The notes beneath the pieces were generated by a model. The model ran no database searches. It was not told the origin of the DNA and was given only the letters and a program-made list of their open reading frames with translations. Positions 26,599 through 40,200 of a stretch of 64,000 nt of DNA are shown piece by piece; the first letter of the stretch is position 1, and every line of letters begins with the position of its first letter. Location of the stretch: assembly GCA_035221665.1 (NCBI GenBank), contig CM069157.1, forward strand, positions 20,770,001 to 20,834,000, written 5' to 3'. A program made the position numbers and the translations under genes. The DNA is from Okamejei kenojei (Eukaryota).

Positions 26599-27813
26599 GG
26601 TACACAAAAAGCTGGAGAAACTCAGCGGGTGCAGCAGCATCTAAGGAGCGAAGGAGATAGGCGACGTTTCGGGTCGAGACCCTTCTTCAGACTGGTCAGG
26701 GATCAGGGAAACGAGAGATATAGACGGTGATGTGGAGAGATAAGGAACAATGAATGAAAGATATGCAAAAAAGTATCGATGATAAAGGGAACAAGCCATT
26801 GTAAGCTGTTTGTGGTGTGAAAATGAGAAGCTGGTGCGACTGGGGTGGGGGAGGGAGATAGAGATAGAGGGAATGCCAGGGCCCAAAGGCTGAGGGAGAG
26901 GTGGGAAGGGGAGGAGACAGCAAGGTTTAACAGAATTGAGAAAATTCAATGTTCAAGCCCAAAGGATGCAGACTCCCCAAGCGGAATATGAGGTGCTGTT
27001 CCTCCAGCTTGCGGTGTTGCTCACTCTGGCCGTGGAGGAGGCCCAGGACCGAGAGGTCGGATGCGGAATGGGAGGGGGAGTTGAAGTGCTGAGCCTCCGG
27101 GAGGTCGGGTTGGTTAATGCGGACCGAGCGGAGGTGTTCGGCGAAACGATCGCCAAGCCTCCGCTTGGTCTCACCGATATAGATCATCTGGCATCTGGAG
27201 CAGCGGATGCAGTAGATGAGGTTGGAGGAGGTGCAGGTGAACCTCTGTCGGACCTGGAAGGACTGCTTGGGTCCCTGAAAGGAGTGGAGGGGGGAGGTGA
27301 AGGAACAAGTGTTGCATTTCTTGCGGTTGCGAGGGAAAGTGCCCGGGGAAGGGGTAGAGCGGGAGGGGAGGGAAGAATTGACAAGGGAGTTGCGGAGGGA
27401 GCGGTCTTTGCGGAAGGCAGACAGGGGGGGAAATGGGAAGATGTGGCGGGTGGAGGGGTCACGTTGGAGGTGGCGAAACTGGCGGAGGACTATGTGTTGT
27501 ATTTGCCGGCTGTTGGGGTGAAAGGTGAGGACCAGGGGGACTCTGCCCTGTTTGCGAGTGGGGGAATGGGGAGCGAGGGCAGTGTTGCGGGGTATGGAGG
27601 AGACCCTGGTGCGAGCCTCATCAATAGTGGGGGAGGGGAATCCCCGTTCTCTGAAGAATGAGGCCATTTGTGATGACCTGGTGTGGAACAAGTTTTTAAA
27701 GAAGGGTACACAAAAAGCTGGAGAAACTCAGCGGGTGCAGCAGCATCTAAGGAGCGAAGGAGATAGGCGACGTTTCGGGTCGAGACCCTTCTTCAGACTA
27801 TTTTGATTTGAAG
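26599..27813 (-). mobile_element. Penelope-like element, 5'-truncated (linker + GIY-YIG endonuclease + 3' pLTR), with a direct partial pLTR copy at its 5' end
   Basis: ORF 26927-27691 contains SSNLIYCIRCSRC..IYIGETKRRLGDRFAEH..HFN..EQHLIFRL..GLN (GIY-YIG). ~96-bp direct repeat at 26599-26693 and 27704-27799. TSD aagtttttaaagaa at 26585-26598 and 27814-27827. Confidence 0.93.
26663..26690 (-). ncRNA. Minimal hammerhead ribozyme core (second copy at 27769-27796)
   Basis: Reverse complement reads CTGAAGAAGGGTCTCGACCCGAAACGTC. Confidence 0.75.
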
Positions 27814-29869
27814 AAGTTTTTAAAGAAACTGCTTTGTACTTATCAGGGTGATTGTACCATTGTCTCAAAATGTAATTTGAATGCAAACACAACTGTGGCC
27901 AGGCACTTCAATCAATACAGCTCAATAATTATATTCCTACATTTGGAGAGTTCCTCCGTTTGCAGTGGAGATAGAATAATTTGAATAACTGTATGTTGCA
28001 TTAGCTGGGAGAATATTAATTAAAAACATTTCACTGGACAATTGAATCTTGTTCTTGACGGAAGATGTATTTAACCCTCAGTACTGGGTAGAAGGCTTCC
28101 ACCTTCAGTACTTCTCCCTTGTTAAACATAGATGGGATGTTTAGTTCAAGGACAGAGAGAACGGACCAACCATGCATAAAAATTGCTTTTCTGAAGGATT
28201 TTCTTTTAAGATTGAATAAGCACAGACAGGAGAATAATAATGTCTTCTCTTTTTGATGGCTGTTAAAGGTCGTAACTCACATGTTTAATGAATAGTTATA
28301 ATTTTAAAGCAGTTCTCAATTGGCATGAGAGCTTGGCGATGTAAATTTTGTACTTGACTGAAAGGGGCTGCTGTTGGTGCAGAGTACAGCATCCTTTCAG
28401 ATTACATGTGAAGACAAATGAATGCCATACTTTTACTTCTTGAATACTTAAGTTGTTTAGTGTTACTTCAGAAAGGTTTGGAATTATTTATGTTTTCAAA
28501 TAGAGAGGCCATCTAGTATGTATTGCTGATCTCTATATATAAATTGCATTAATCATTTTCCGCATGACAACCTCATAATCCTAAACCTTGGATGCAGCGA
28601 GGAAGTAGTAGGGGGGAAAGGTAATACATTTAGTTGAAAGTTAAATTGAAAATTCAACAGACTTTCATATCAAGATGAAGTGCTCTTGATATGGTACAAC
28701 TTCACATCCCTTGTACAAGTGGTGTACAAGCTAAAAACAGTACAGCAAATTAAACTTCAAAATGGGTGATAAACAAGCTTTAGACTTTAGAATCTACTTT
28801 AGAGATACAGCATGGAAACAGGCCCTTCGGCCCACCAAGTCCGGGACGACCAGCGATCACCCCATACACTAACATTATCGTACATACTAGGGATAATTTA
28901 CAATTTTACCTGAACCAATAAACTAAACCAATATGTCTTTGGAGTGAGGGTGTGGGGGGGGGGAAACCAGAGCACCCGTGAAAACCCAGAGAAGACCCAA
29001 GTGGTAACAAAGGGAGCGTACAAACTCCGTACAGACAGCACCTATAGTCAGGATCAAACCCGGGTCTCTGGCGCTGTAAGTCAGCAACTCTACCACTATG
29101 ACACCGCCTAAAATAAGCAAAATAAAAGAAAATATATTTTCATGCCCTTAGCCTTACTCACAGCTTGCAATTACCATAAGTGTCGCTATTTTTCCCTCTC
29201 ACCTATCAGTTGTAACTATTTATCGTATTCTATCAATCACAAGGAAAAATGCCATAAAAACATTGCTGCCACAGAACTTCAAACTTTAGTTGAAAAAGCT
29301 TTGCTAGAATGTGCGGCAAAATTTAAAAAATCCCAAATTTTATAGCTTGATTATTGGTGGGATTTGCTGACGTTTCTGCAGTTGTCTTACGTTGCAGGTG
29401 TAATTATGTTCTGTTTGTTAAAACTTGGGTGAGATAAATGAAATATCTTTGCTATGGTCAATTGGTTGCTTTGTTGAACCACTCCTACTGCGGTTTCTGA
29501 TGGCTGTCTGAATGACCCTTTTGTAAATGCCTACTCAAATAATAAACTACACCACCAGAGCACCGTATTTGAGCAACTTGATCGTTATCTGACATGTATG
29601 TGAAAGCACATAACTGAGCACTGGGAAGAACCTACAAGGATTAAGACCAAGATATATTTCTGCCATAAATGTACACACATTTTTTAAGACATGTAACTTC
29701 CTGATACTGGTGGCAGCGCTACTCCAAACACACTACAGCTGAAAATGTCTCTAAATATCTGTTGTTAGACTCTGACACCACATTCATATCTCCTTGTAAT
29801 ACAATGTACTAGATGCCATATGTTGCAACTGTTCTAATGAACTGCAATAAAACTAACACTACTTCGATT

Positions 29870-30030
29870 TAAACACAAAGTGCTGGAGTAATCAGCAGGT
29901 CAGTCAGTATCCCTGGGAAGCATGGATTTCAGGTCGGGCTGAGTCTGAAGAAGGGTCCTGACCCGAAACGTCAGCCATCCTTTTTCTCCAGAGATGCTGC
30001 CTGACCCACTGAGTTACCGCAGCACTTCAC
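29870..30030. mobile_element. Fold-back Penelope-derived short element with intact hammerhead core (29945-29972, +)
   Basis: CTGAAGAAGGGTCCTGACCCGAAACGTC flanked by inverted gctggagtaa..cagc arms. Confidence 0.75.
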
Positions 30031-30374
30031 AATCATAGACATACTTTATTTGCCAACTATGTTTTGCAACATACGAGGAATTTGATTTGCCATAGTCACA
30101 CCAATTAAGAACAACTTTGTGTCTATATGTGGCATAAACCATCGTCTGCAGATCCTTTCTACACATTTTCTCGAGGGATGCTGCCTAACCGCTGAGTTAC
30201 TCCAACACTTTGTGTCTTTCTTTGTAAACCAACATCTGCAGTTCCTTCTTCCTAGTACTTACATTTATTCATTAATGTGAATCCCAAGGATTTATGTCAA
30301 CTGCGGGTTCACACACACAAGCTGGTTCACACATACAAGGTTACACAAAAGCAGTTTCTCTTTAAGCTATAAAT

Positions 30375-30930
30375 ACCACCGGGTGACACCGTACAACGGC
30401 AGCCTCACCAACAGTCTGTCTCGTCATTTTCTTTCTTTATTGTTTTTTGTATGTTGTTAAATGCATGTTTTAGTGTATCTTTAGCTTTGCAATATGGGGG
30501 GGGGGGGGGTTTGGGGGAAACTTTTTTTAATCTCTTTCCTCGACGGACATTCATTTTTTTTCTGTATCGTATTTACGTCCATGCTGCGGCCTAACGTCGA
30601 GGTGCTGGCGGCCTCTTACTGAGGATCGACTTCGGGAGCTCCAACCGCTGGGAGCCTGCGGACTTAACATTCTGGAACTGGCTCCCCCTTGGTTAAGGCC
30701 CGACTTCGGGAGCTCCAAGCCACAGGAGCTTCGACCGGCCCGGTCGCAGGGGCTTCGATCGCCTGGCTGCCGATGGTTCGACTGCCCCATCCGGGGGAGA
30801 ATAAAGAGGAAAGAAGATAAGACTTTATTGCCTTCCATCACAGTAAGGAATGTGGGGCAGCCGCTGTGCTGGATGTTAACTTTTATGTAGGTATGTGTCT
30901 TGTTGCTTTTTTCTGGCATGACCGTATTGA
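30375..30930. repeat. Unclassified GC/CpG-rich interspersed repeat with internal cgacttcgggagctcca repeats
   Basis: Internal direct repeats and CpG content contrasting with the flanks; family not recognised. Confidence 0.45.
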
Positions 30931-31261
30931 ACCATTGACAATCTACCTCCAAACAGTCCTCACAGGCCCAATGGAAGTGATCGCTTTTGCCTTGTATTTC
31001 ATTTCTTTGAATCCTTTTACTTAATGAGTATGAACATAGGAGTGTGTTGCTGGTTGTGTGCTTTTGACTAGTTCCGAATTAAGCACTGAAGGACTCATGG
31101 GTGGCCAAGTGCAGGAACTGAATAAAAAGTAAAGTATTTCCCTGTCACTTAAGAGGAGCAGCTCACTGTGCTCAGAGATACCAGCGTGAGTTCAATTACT
31201 GCAACAACAAACATTTGTGATAGTCACCCAAAGGGTTTGCAGCCAGCCCTCTCACAATAGA

Positions 31262-31563
31262 TAGTTTTGCTTTCCCTCTCTCTCCATCCCTCTCCTTCCC
31301 AGTTCTCCAACAAGTCTGACTGTCCCCGATTACATTTGTTTACTTTGTTGTTACCTTCTCCTAGCTAACAATGATCTATTCTACATTTTCCTTGATCTCC
31401 ATTTCCTTTGTCCTATTTTCACACCCTATACATCCTTATCTATGTATCTCCCTCTCCCCTGACATCAGTCTGAAGAAGGGTCTCTACCTGAAATGTCACG
31501 CATTCTTTTTCTCCAGAGATGCTGCCCGTCCCGGTGAATTACTGTAGCATTTCATGTCTATCT
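31262..31563 (+). mobile_element. Penelope 3' UTR/pLTR fragment with degenerate hammerhead
   Basis: Pyrimidine-rich UTR followed by cagtctgaagaagggtctctacctgaaatgtc. Confidence 0.7.
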
Positions 31564-32880
31564 TTAGTTTAGAGATACAGCGTCCAAACGGGCTCTTTGG
31601 CCCATCGAGTCCACACCATTCATGGTAGTTCTATGTTATCCCACTTTAACATCCTACACATTCCCACAAAATTCGGGAGTAACTCAGCGAGACAGGCAGC
31701 ATCACCGGAGAGAAGGAATTGGTGACGTTTCAAGTTGAGACCCTTCTTGAGACTGAGTCAGACTCCCCTGACTCTCAGTCTGAAGAAAAGTCTCGACCTG
31801 AAACGTCACCCATTCCTTCTATCCAGAGATGGTACGTGTCCAACTGAGTCTTCATAATGTCACAGGGAGAATGTAGAAACTCTGCACAGACAACACCCGA
31901 GGTATGGATCGAGACCGAGTCTTTGGCGCTATGAGACTGCAGCTCTACCGTTGCACTACTGTGCCACCCCAAATCTGGATGCTGGAACTGTGAGATGCAT
32001 CCGAATATATTTGGTTCTCATATTTTGTGTGTTTCAGGCTTATTTTGTATCTCTTTCTATAATGTAACATGATTAACAGACATAAAGCAGATGAATGATC
32101 AAATATTAGAAGATTCTCAACCAACCTGAACAGGTCCTGGCATGGTCAGACATCTGGACCTTGTAAGTGAAAGCAAGGGCAGTTGAGACTGATCATGTGG
32201 AAAACTTGGACGCCAATGTCTTAGATGGGAATTTTTGAATATAAACTTTAGCTTCTTTATCTTTCAATTTCTATACTTGGTAACAGCAGTGAACATAGAT
32301 ATGATCAACGAAATCAAGTCTCATCTTTGAGTATCAAAGATTGTCTCTAACATAAATGACTCACAATTCTGTTTTAAACTCTTCATCCATATTCCCACTT
32401 GATTTTATTCACACAAAGGCAAATTAGTGCTCAGCATATCCCTGGCTCAGCTGCAAGCAACCTTCTGCAGGTCTACATCTACATGAGCCTCAGCAGTAAA
32501 GTGTAACTAGGATGAGCAACCATAGTGTGAAGTAGAAATTAATCATACATTTTACTTTTTAATTGGGGGTGAATGAGTTAGACAGATATTAAATACCATA
32601 CACTTTACTATAGGCACTTCCATTCAGTCTGATGTTTCAATCTGTATAATGTTAAATGTTGCATGCTGCTTTATTGCATGTTGATTCTCATTTATTAGAT
32701 TCTGAAAATTAACATAATGAATCCTTTATTGTTAGAAACAGGAGAAATAAAAACTATCTGTTGTTCCTTGTCAGTTCATCGCCGGGGCTGAGGTGCATGA
32801 AATACTGTGCTTTATGATGAAGAATAAAACAAAGATTACATCAACCTACTGAAAACACTAAGTTTCTTTGACAGTATCTT

Positions 32881-33100
32881 AGGTAGATAAAAATGCTGGA
32901 GAAACTCAGCGGGTGAGGCAGCATCTATGGAGTGAAGGAATAGGTGATGTTTCGGGTCGAGACCCTTCTTCAGTCTGAAGAAGGGTCTCGACCCGAAATG
33001 TCACCTTTTCCTTCGCTCCATAGATGCTGCCTCACCCGCTGAGTTTCTCCAGCATTTTTATCTACCTTTGATTTTTCCAGCATCTGCAGTTCCTTCTTAA
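32881..33100. mobile_element. Near-perfect 187-nt palindromic Penelope pLTR unit plus 3' tail
   Basis: Arms 32881-32973 and 32975-33067 centred on ttcag-t-ctgaa. TSD tttgacagta at 32867-32876 and 33104-33113. Confidence 0.9.
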
Positions 33101-36100
33101 ACTTTTGACAGTACCATTCCCACTTTACATCTGACAAGGGATTTCTTCAGTTAAATAATTTGCTTATTGAAATGCTATTATGAATGTTAGTCACAACTAT
33201 AGCTTGTACATCAGTGAAATTGATAAATTGCATTATTCACGCTGAATATAATGCAGGCTTTTTCTCAGTGTTCATTAGATTGGTACAACAGCCATATCAA
33301 TCTAAAAGGCTGTACGCAAAAGCATTACCAATGGCAGATTAATTGATGTTAATACCAAATATACAGAAATCTTTGAAAGTGGCAGAGCAAGTTGGTGGAA
33401 GATTGTTAAACAAGTTTACATGATCTTTGTCTTCACAAATCAGGGATGGTTACAATAGCAAAAAACCCCTGTTAAGTTGCTAAAAGTCACTCATCTGAAT
33501 TCAGCTGGAGCATTATGTCCAGTTTTGGACACTGCATTTTTTAAAGGTTGTGAAAGCTGCACAGTTTGGAGAAGATTTACCAGCGTGTACTGAATTTTCT
33601 GAGAGAAAGGTAGTGGTGAAGCCAAAATTATTAGATGAACAACTCAGTAGTTGCCTTGACAAACCTCACAAAGAAATTAGCTCAAATCTACCGCGGCTGC
33701 AGTGGAATTATCAGTCTTTATAATGTTGACCATAAAAATGGTCATATTGTCATTAAAAAATCACCTGGTTTACAAGCCCATTATGGAACTAAGAAGGGTG
33801 CAGCACTATGAAGACCCTGCCTGTACATGTTCTGCATCCCTCTGTTCTCTGTTTGTTCATGTGTCTGTCTAAATGCCCCTTAAATATCGCTATCATAAGA
33901 GTTTCCACCACTTGCTCTGGTAGTGCATTGCAGATCCCTACCACCTACTACTATAAAATCTCCTTCAAGCTTTCCCCTTTTACCTTACAGCTATCGGTTT
34001 TAGTATTTGACATTTCCACCCTGGGGAAAAGACTGACTATTTACCCTGTCTGTTAGGAAGATGCCCTCTTAGTCATGGACATTTTAGAGAAAGCAATCCA
34101 TGCCTGTCCAAGCTTTCCTTTTACAGTAGCTAATGCGTTCTAATCCAGGCAAAATCCTGGTGAATATCTGCACCCACACAAAAGCTGCCACATCCTTCTT
34201 ACAGTGTAGTGACCAGAACTGTGCTTTAACTGTCCATCTAAGACTGTATCATTGTTCAAATCCCACACTGAACTTTCCTCTCTGTGATTCAGCACCTCAC
34301 TGCCAACAATCACTTCACTGGATTGGAATTAATTAACAAAATGGTGAAAACTATTCCATCAATCAAAGGCACAAAGTGCTGGAGTAATTCAGCAGGTCAG
34401 GCAGCATCTCTGAAGAACATGGGTGGGTAATGGTTTGGGTTGAGACCCTTCACCAGACTGATCTGCTGAGTTACTCCAGCACTTTGTGTCTTCTTTTGTC
34501 TTTTTTGTGTAAACCAGCATCAACCTCAGTTAGCTAATTACAGTTAATTTGTACCTCTGCAAATGAACATACTGTCAGCTGAAATTTCCTTTCTTAACAC
34601 CTAGGCCTCTCTAACTCAGTTTCTTTTTCATTTAAACATACCACTAATAAAATGTCTGGCCATTTGTCCCAACAACTTTATACGTAGTTTGGTGGAAAAA
34701 TGCATTTGATAATAATCTTGTGGGGCACCTTGTAATGTTTTACCAAGTGAAACACACAAAATGAACAATCCCTCAATGTACATTCTCATGGACATTCAAT
34801 TCAATTTGAACTTTTAAGCTTCCAATATTATCAGCAGCTGTTTTCTGCCCATTTGGCATTAGAATTAGAAACAGAATATTGTTTGCAGTCAATATTTTAT
34901 TTCTCTTGCCCTTTTAAAATATTTTTTCCATTAGAACAGGTGATGCTTTTAAAAGCAAAGGCCAACAAAGTGAGTGTATGGTTTCAATTGATACTGCTGC
35001 AATAGGTGGTGTACACACAGAATGAAATAGCATGCCAGTGATTTCTGGTATGCAGTTCATTCAGTTCCTTGCCCCTTGATGATATAGTACAGCAGCTGCC
35101 TTGCTGGCTAAAGTGGCCACTAAAGAAGTCAAGTCCCTTTGCTGCAAAACTCTATCCCTGGATACAGAGATACCCTATCCATTATATGATGGGGCAAGAT
35201 GTGTTCCTGCAATTCATCCCCAATTATAACGAGTCTGTCCACATTCAGATGGTTCCACTGCATACTCAATGTCATTTTAATGAGCATACCTTATGTCTTC
35301 AGTCTGATGATACATCTTAAAACAGCAAATTTCAAAATATCATCCATCCGAAATTTATTACATCAGCATTGGAGAATATGTTAACTGGTCGGGTAAGTTA
35401 CATCAAATGCTGAGGATACACAATTTCAAAGCTAAACGTTCCTTGACCACAGCCGTTAACTTCAAACAATCATGACTAGCTTAATTAATGCACTTTCCCA
35501 AATGTGGCCTTAAAGAAATGAAATTGTGAGTCACCAAGTGCAGTGGGGATGACCTTCAAGCTTCACGGATGAAGTATTGATATATATTGTGGTTTGCAAA
35601 TTTCTGAGCTCCACTTTTGAATTAGGTTTTTTAGTTCCTTACTTCACCAGAATCCACCAACCAGAAATAGAAGTGCAAAGCTATGCTTGACGACCGTTCG
35701 TGTATATGGCTGAGACCTTGACAGTCATACAGCCTTCTATTATCTAAAGCCGCAATTCTTAAATGTCTTGACCTGTGACATGAAAATCTCTGTATCCATG
35801 TAAAGGTTTTGCCGGCTTTTCCGTGGATTCTGAAAATTTGCGGGGAGATTTATAAAATCTTCTCTCTGAGATTGCACGATTTCCATTCTCAGACAGCTTT
35901 CTGCATTGAGATCTCAGACATTCCAATTTCTAACAAGCAAGAAGAGAATGAAGAGTTATGATTGAACACTTTGATATAACTTCCAACCAAAACGTCTTCA
36001 TTTTTTAAAACTGATCTCCAGTGCACCATCACTGAAGTTCAATCTTCTCTTTCTGAACATCGTTTGAAAGATGGCATATGGCGACTGCATTGACTCGAGA

Positions 36101-36632
36101 GTCTGGGTAACCTATTCATCTTTGAGACCATTTCCTTTTGGGTAAACATTTCTTCAAATTGCCTCCGAGAGAAGTCAAGTGAATCTTGTTTCGATTTGCA
36201 GCAGTCAATAGTTCGATTCTGTTTGTACAGAGTCAGCTACAATAGGAAAGGAATGATTCAGTCTCTCCAGAGATCAAATTATTTTCAGTATGCATTCCCA
36301 TTTTTTCAACCTTGCCATATGCAACCAAATAGCTTTCAATCAGCTTGTTACACATGCAAAGCTTTAGTTTTGGTTGAAATATTGCCTGATGGGTCCGTGT
36401 CAAATGAGCAGGAATGGCAAAGGGAGGCAAAGAAACAATGCCATCACTTTTGCGGCCCATTCTTCCCCTTTTATCTCCCCTACCCCTCTCACCCTTCTGC
36501 AATCTCTCCTTTCCCCATTGCCTCACTCTTTCTCCAGACTCATCCCTCTAACAGCAGCAAGAGTCAGATCCAAGGTTATTTCAGCCATAATCCTGCAGAT
36601 CTATAGGTTCTGCATTTGCACTCATGCCCAAT

Positions 36633-36830
36633 AGACACAAAGTGCTGGTGTAACTCAGCAGGTCAGGCAGCATCTCTGGAGAAAATGGACAGGTGATGTT
36701 TCAGGTCAGGACCCTTCTTCAGTCTGAAGTCACATATCTATTTTCTCCAGAGATGCTACCTGACCCGCTGAGTTACTCCAGCATTTTGTGTCTCTCTTTG
36801 GTAAAAGCCAGCATCCGCAGTTCCTTTTTA
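36633..36830. mobile_element. Fold-back Penelope-derived short element (similar degraded copies near 14540, 16805, 21150, 21885, 30110, 31675, 34365, 38325, 45715, 49420, 50270, 53258, 55600)
   Basis: Inverted agacacaaa..gctgg..actcagc..gcagcatctctggaga arms meeting at cttcagtctgaag, followed by a gcagttcc tail. Confidence 0.8.
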
Positions 36831-38629
36831 TTACATGCGCCGATTGCCACAGGCTGTTAACACATTGGGAAGGAGGGACGTAGAGGATCTTGAAACTGAT
36901 ATCTGGGGTTTAACAGAGTGGAGTCTGATGTCTGCGTTCTGACAGAGAATTATAAAAAAAAAAATTAATCCTGCAAATTGTATCATCTCATTCTTTTGGA
37001 GACAAGACACTGCCAATGAGGGTGCATCCTATAGTCTGAAAACCTTGGTTATAACCTGAAGTACAGAGAAATAATGAGTAAATTGCAATAGGTGTAACAT
37101 GCAATGCATTGCATAAGTAAAGTGAATGACTTGCTGAATGATCTTCTAGTGTTAATAGGCTTCTCTGTATCTGGAGATCTAACCTGCAGTTCACAGGAAT
37201 CTGAAGAAGGATTACAATGAGTGCAAAAACTGAATGCATGCCAGAAATGCACAGAATCCTTGTTACAGTCAACCAACTATGAAATCTTATAGTGATTGCT
37301 AAACTTTTGTTGTCTGTTCCTTGCATAGACTTTAACAGACATAATTTCCAAGATAACGAGTTAAGATATCATGCCAGTCACACATTAACAACAAAATTCC
37401 CCTGCTAAATATTGTTTTCCAAAATCGTTTGATCTTCAGGATACCAGCTTTGAACAGATGTGCTGCCATGATTCTCTTTTGCCGACTGAATGTAGCACAT
37501 GAGCGATTTTATGTTAGTGGAGTTGCTAATCATACCACACCGGCCCCAAGTGAATAACCTGCAGTTTGTTACAGATTCTTGAATCTCAGTGCTATGTCTA
37601 ATTAATAAAGCAATATACCAACTCACGCACACGCGAAAAAAAAACACACACACACAGCCAGAAATAAACATGCCCACAATAGCGTTACTCATCTTCAGAA
37701 TGGAAACTTAGAATTGCTTAAAATTGGAACATATAAAGCCAGCAAAGTTCCAACATACCATGGAGCAGCCCAGAAAATGTGCACAGTAGCAGCAGCGGTG
37801 GAAAGATTGAGAGCAACCTCTTCCTGTCTTCTCCCTCTGTCAATGTAATGGCAGAAAATCAAACGTTATAAATAAGCTATGATCCAAATATCTTCTGCAA
37901 TAGTTATGATAAATACATTATCCTCTTTGTCCTGTCAATAAAAGGATCACTGCCAACCAACTTGATGCTTTAGGAAAAAAAAACAATATTTAGTGTACCA
38001 ACAGAGCAGCCTATCATAAGCTAGCCCATGGAACTAATGAGAGTTTTGTTAATCTTTATATGAATATCATCATACACTAATCAAAAGGAAAACTACACAC
38101 AATGAATACCGATTCTTGATGAAAGCCACACCCCAAATAACAAATTATTTATAAGGTCCGTTTTGTGAGTCATACAGCAAGGAAACAGGCTCTTTGGCCC
38201 AACTGACCCACACCCACCAACATGCCCCATCTAAAAACTCGTCCCACCTACCTGGTTTTGGCCCATATACCTCTAAACCTACCCAGTGTTGTGTTCTAAC
38301 CGAAGAGTTAAACATACTTTGGAAACAAGGAACTGCAGATACTGGTTTACAAAAAAAAAAGATACAAAGTGCTGGAGTAAATCAGCGGGTCAGTCAGCAT
38401 CTCTAGAGAACATGGATAGATGCCATTTCTGGTCGGCACTCTTCTTCACTTTACGTTATATGGAACATTCAGCAATTCCTCTTGTTGTCTACCAATTGTT
38501 TATTGTTTATAGTTGCTGCTTTCCCACATAAACTGTAGATATTGATTAGGTATCGTACTGTTGATATTTATGTTTGGAAAGTGTTTTCTTTAACGCCTTA
38601 ATATCGTAATGATTTTCCATTGCACCAGA

Positions 38630-39190
38630 ACGGGTGTCAGGGGTTATGGGGAGAAGGCAGGGGAATGGGGTTGAGAGGCAAAGATAGATAGACAAAAGAC
38701 AATAGGTGCAGGAGTAGGCCATTTGGCCCTTCGAGCCAGCACCACCATTCAATGTGTTCATGGCTGATCATCACCAATCAGTACCCCATTCCTGCCTTTT
38801 CCCCGACTCCTCTATCTTTAAGAGCCCTATCTAGCTCTCTCTTGAAAGTATCCAGAGAAACGGCCTCCCCCACCCTCTGAGGCAGAGAATTTCACGGACT
38901 CACAACTCTCTGTGTGAAAAAGTTTTTCCTCATCACCGTTCTAAATGGCTTACCCTTATTCTTAAACTGTGGCCCCTGGTTCTGGACTCCCCCAACATCG
39001 GGAACGTTTCCAGCCTCTAGCGTGTCCAAACCCTTAATAATCTTATATGTTTCAATAAGATCCCCTCTCATCCTTCTACACTCCAGAGATTACAAGCCCA
39101 GCTGCTCCACTCTCTCAGCATATGACAGTCAAGATCGAATGGCGCAGTAGACTAGATGGGCCGAATGGCCTAATTCTGCTCCTATAACAT
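38630..39190. mobile_element. CR1 (-, ~38690-39130) nested in a CR1 3' end (+)
   Basis: Host gggttatggggagaaggcagg...gaatggcgcagtagac is interrupted by an antiparallel CR1. Confidence 0.85.
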
Positions 39191-39942
39191 GAACATGAAT
39201 ATCTCTAATACTAACGCATCAACAATTGCCATGTGAAAATTATGGTTAATTTGACTGTTTGAGCATAGCAGCTGTGAGTGCAAACAGACAGATAAACTGT
39301 CTCTAATTTGATTTGGTTTTCTCACACACTGATGAATCAAAGGAACACAATTTGGTTCCCACCATACAGAGCTGAAGCTGATATTCAATTTCAATTAGAT
39401 AAGTAAAACGTCAATTATTCTGGTTTATTTCTCACGTGGCCAAGGAATCCTTTGAAATAAGGCACATCAAGGTGAACATCTGCATCACTTTTGAAGCAGG
39501 TCAAGATTTACTCTGAAAGTTTACAACAAAAATCTACAGTATAAATGTCACACTTTTGAAATACATATTTCTGCCTCGTATTTACAATTGTCTTGGAGTA
39601 AGGCCTCATCATGTGAGTTCAGCAGGGTGACTGTATCGAGACAGCCACTACGTTGCATTCCACCAAGCCAACCTTACTGTGAGGGGTAGTGAAGAGGATA
39701 CCAGCCTACATAGTTTAATAGCAAGATTAAACGAGAACTTACCAAGTTTGAAGGTTGATCTGTATTTTACGAGGAGTCGCGGTGAGGGATTTCGTGAAGA
39801 CCCCGCCAGCACGCATGCGCGGCATCCTTCAAAGCAGCGGTGTGGAATCACAGAACCAAACCATGACTAAAAAATAGTAAGATGAAAACGTAGAACTACC
39901 TGGTTGACCTTATGATAGAGGGTGGGAGCGGTGGGCACGAAA

Positions 39943-40035
39943 TCCTCGTAAAATACAGATCAACCTTCAAACTTGGTAAGTTCTCGTTTAATCTTACTAT
40001 TTTACTTCGGAGTCACGTGAGTGACTTCGTGAAGA
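39943..40035. repeat. DIRS internal complementary region (ICR)
   Basis: First part is the reverse complement of the left terminus (39717-39775, one mismatch). Second part is the reverse complement of the right terminus (45020-45053). Confidence 0.93.
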
Positions 40036-40200
40036 TTTCAAAGCTCTGTGATTTCACGCCCTGGACAACGTCCATGCTTATCACACTGCCGCCAGTCTGA
40101 CGGAGGAAGGCTGTTAATGGAGTTCAGTCGAAACTGGCTGAAAAATCAACACAATTTATTAATCAAATAAACAACAAACCCCTAAATCGGGGCCAGACAT

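Noticed and set aside
26936-27661. 241-aa (+) ORF and its 264-aa counterpart at 52043-52837 (-)
   Set aside because: Antisense shadows of the C-rich Penelope ORF with no independent protein signature.
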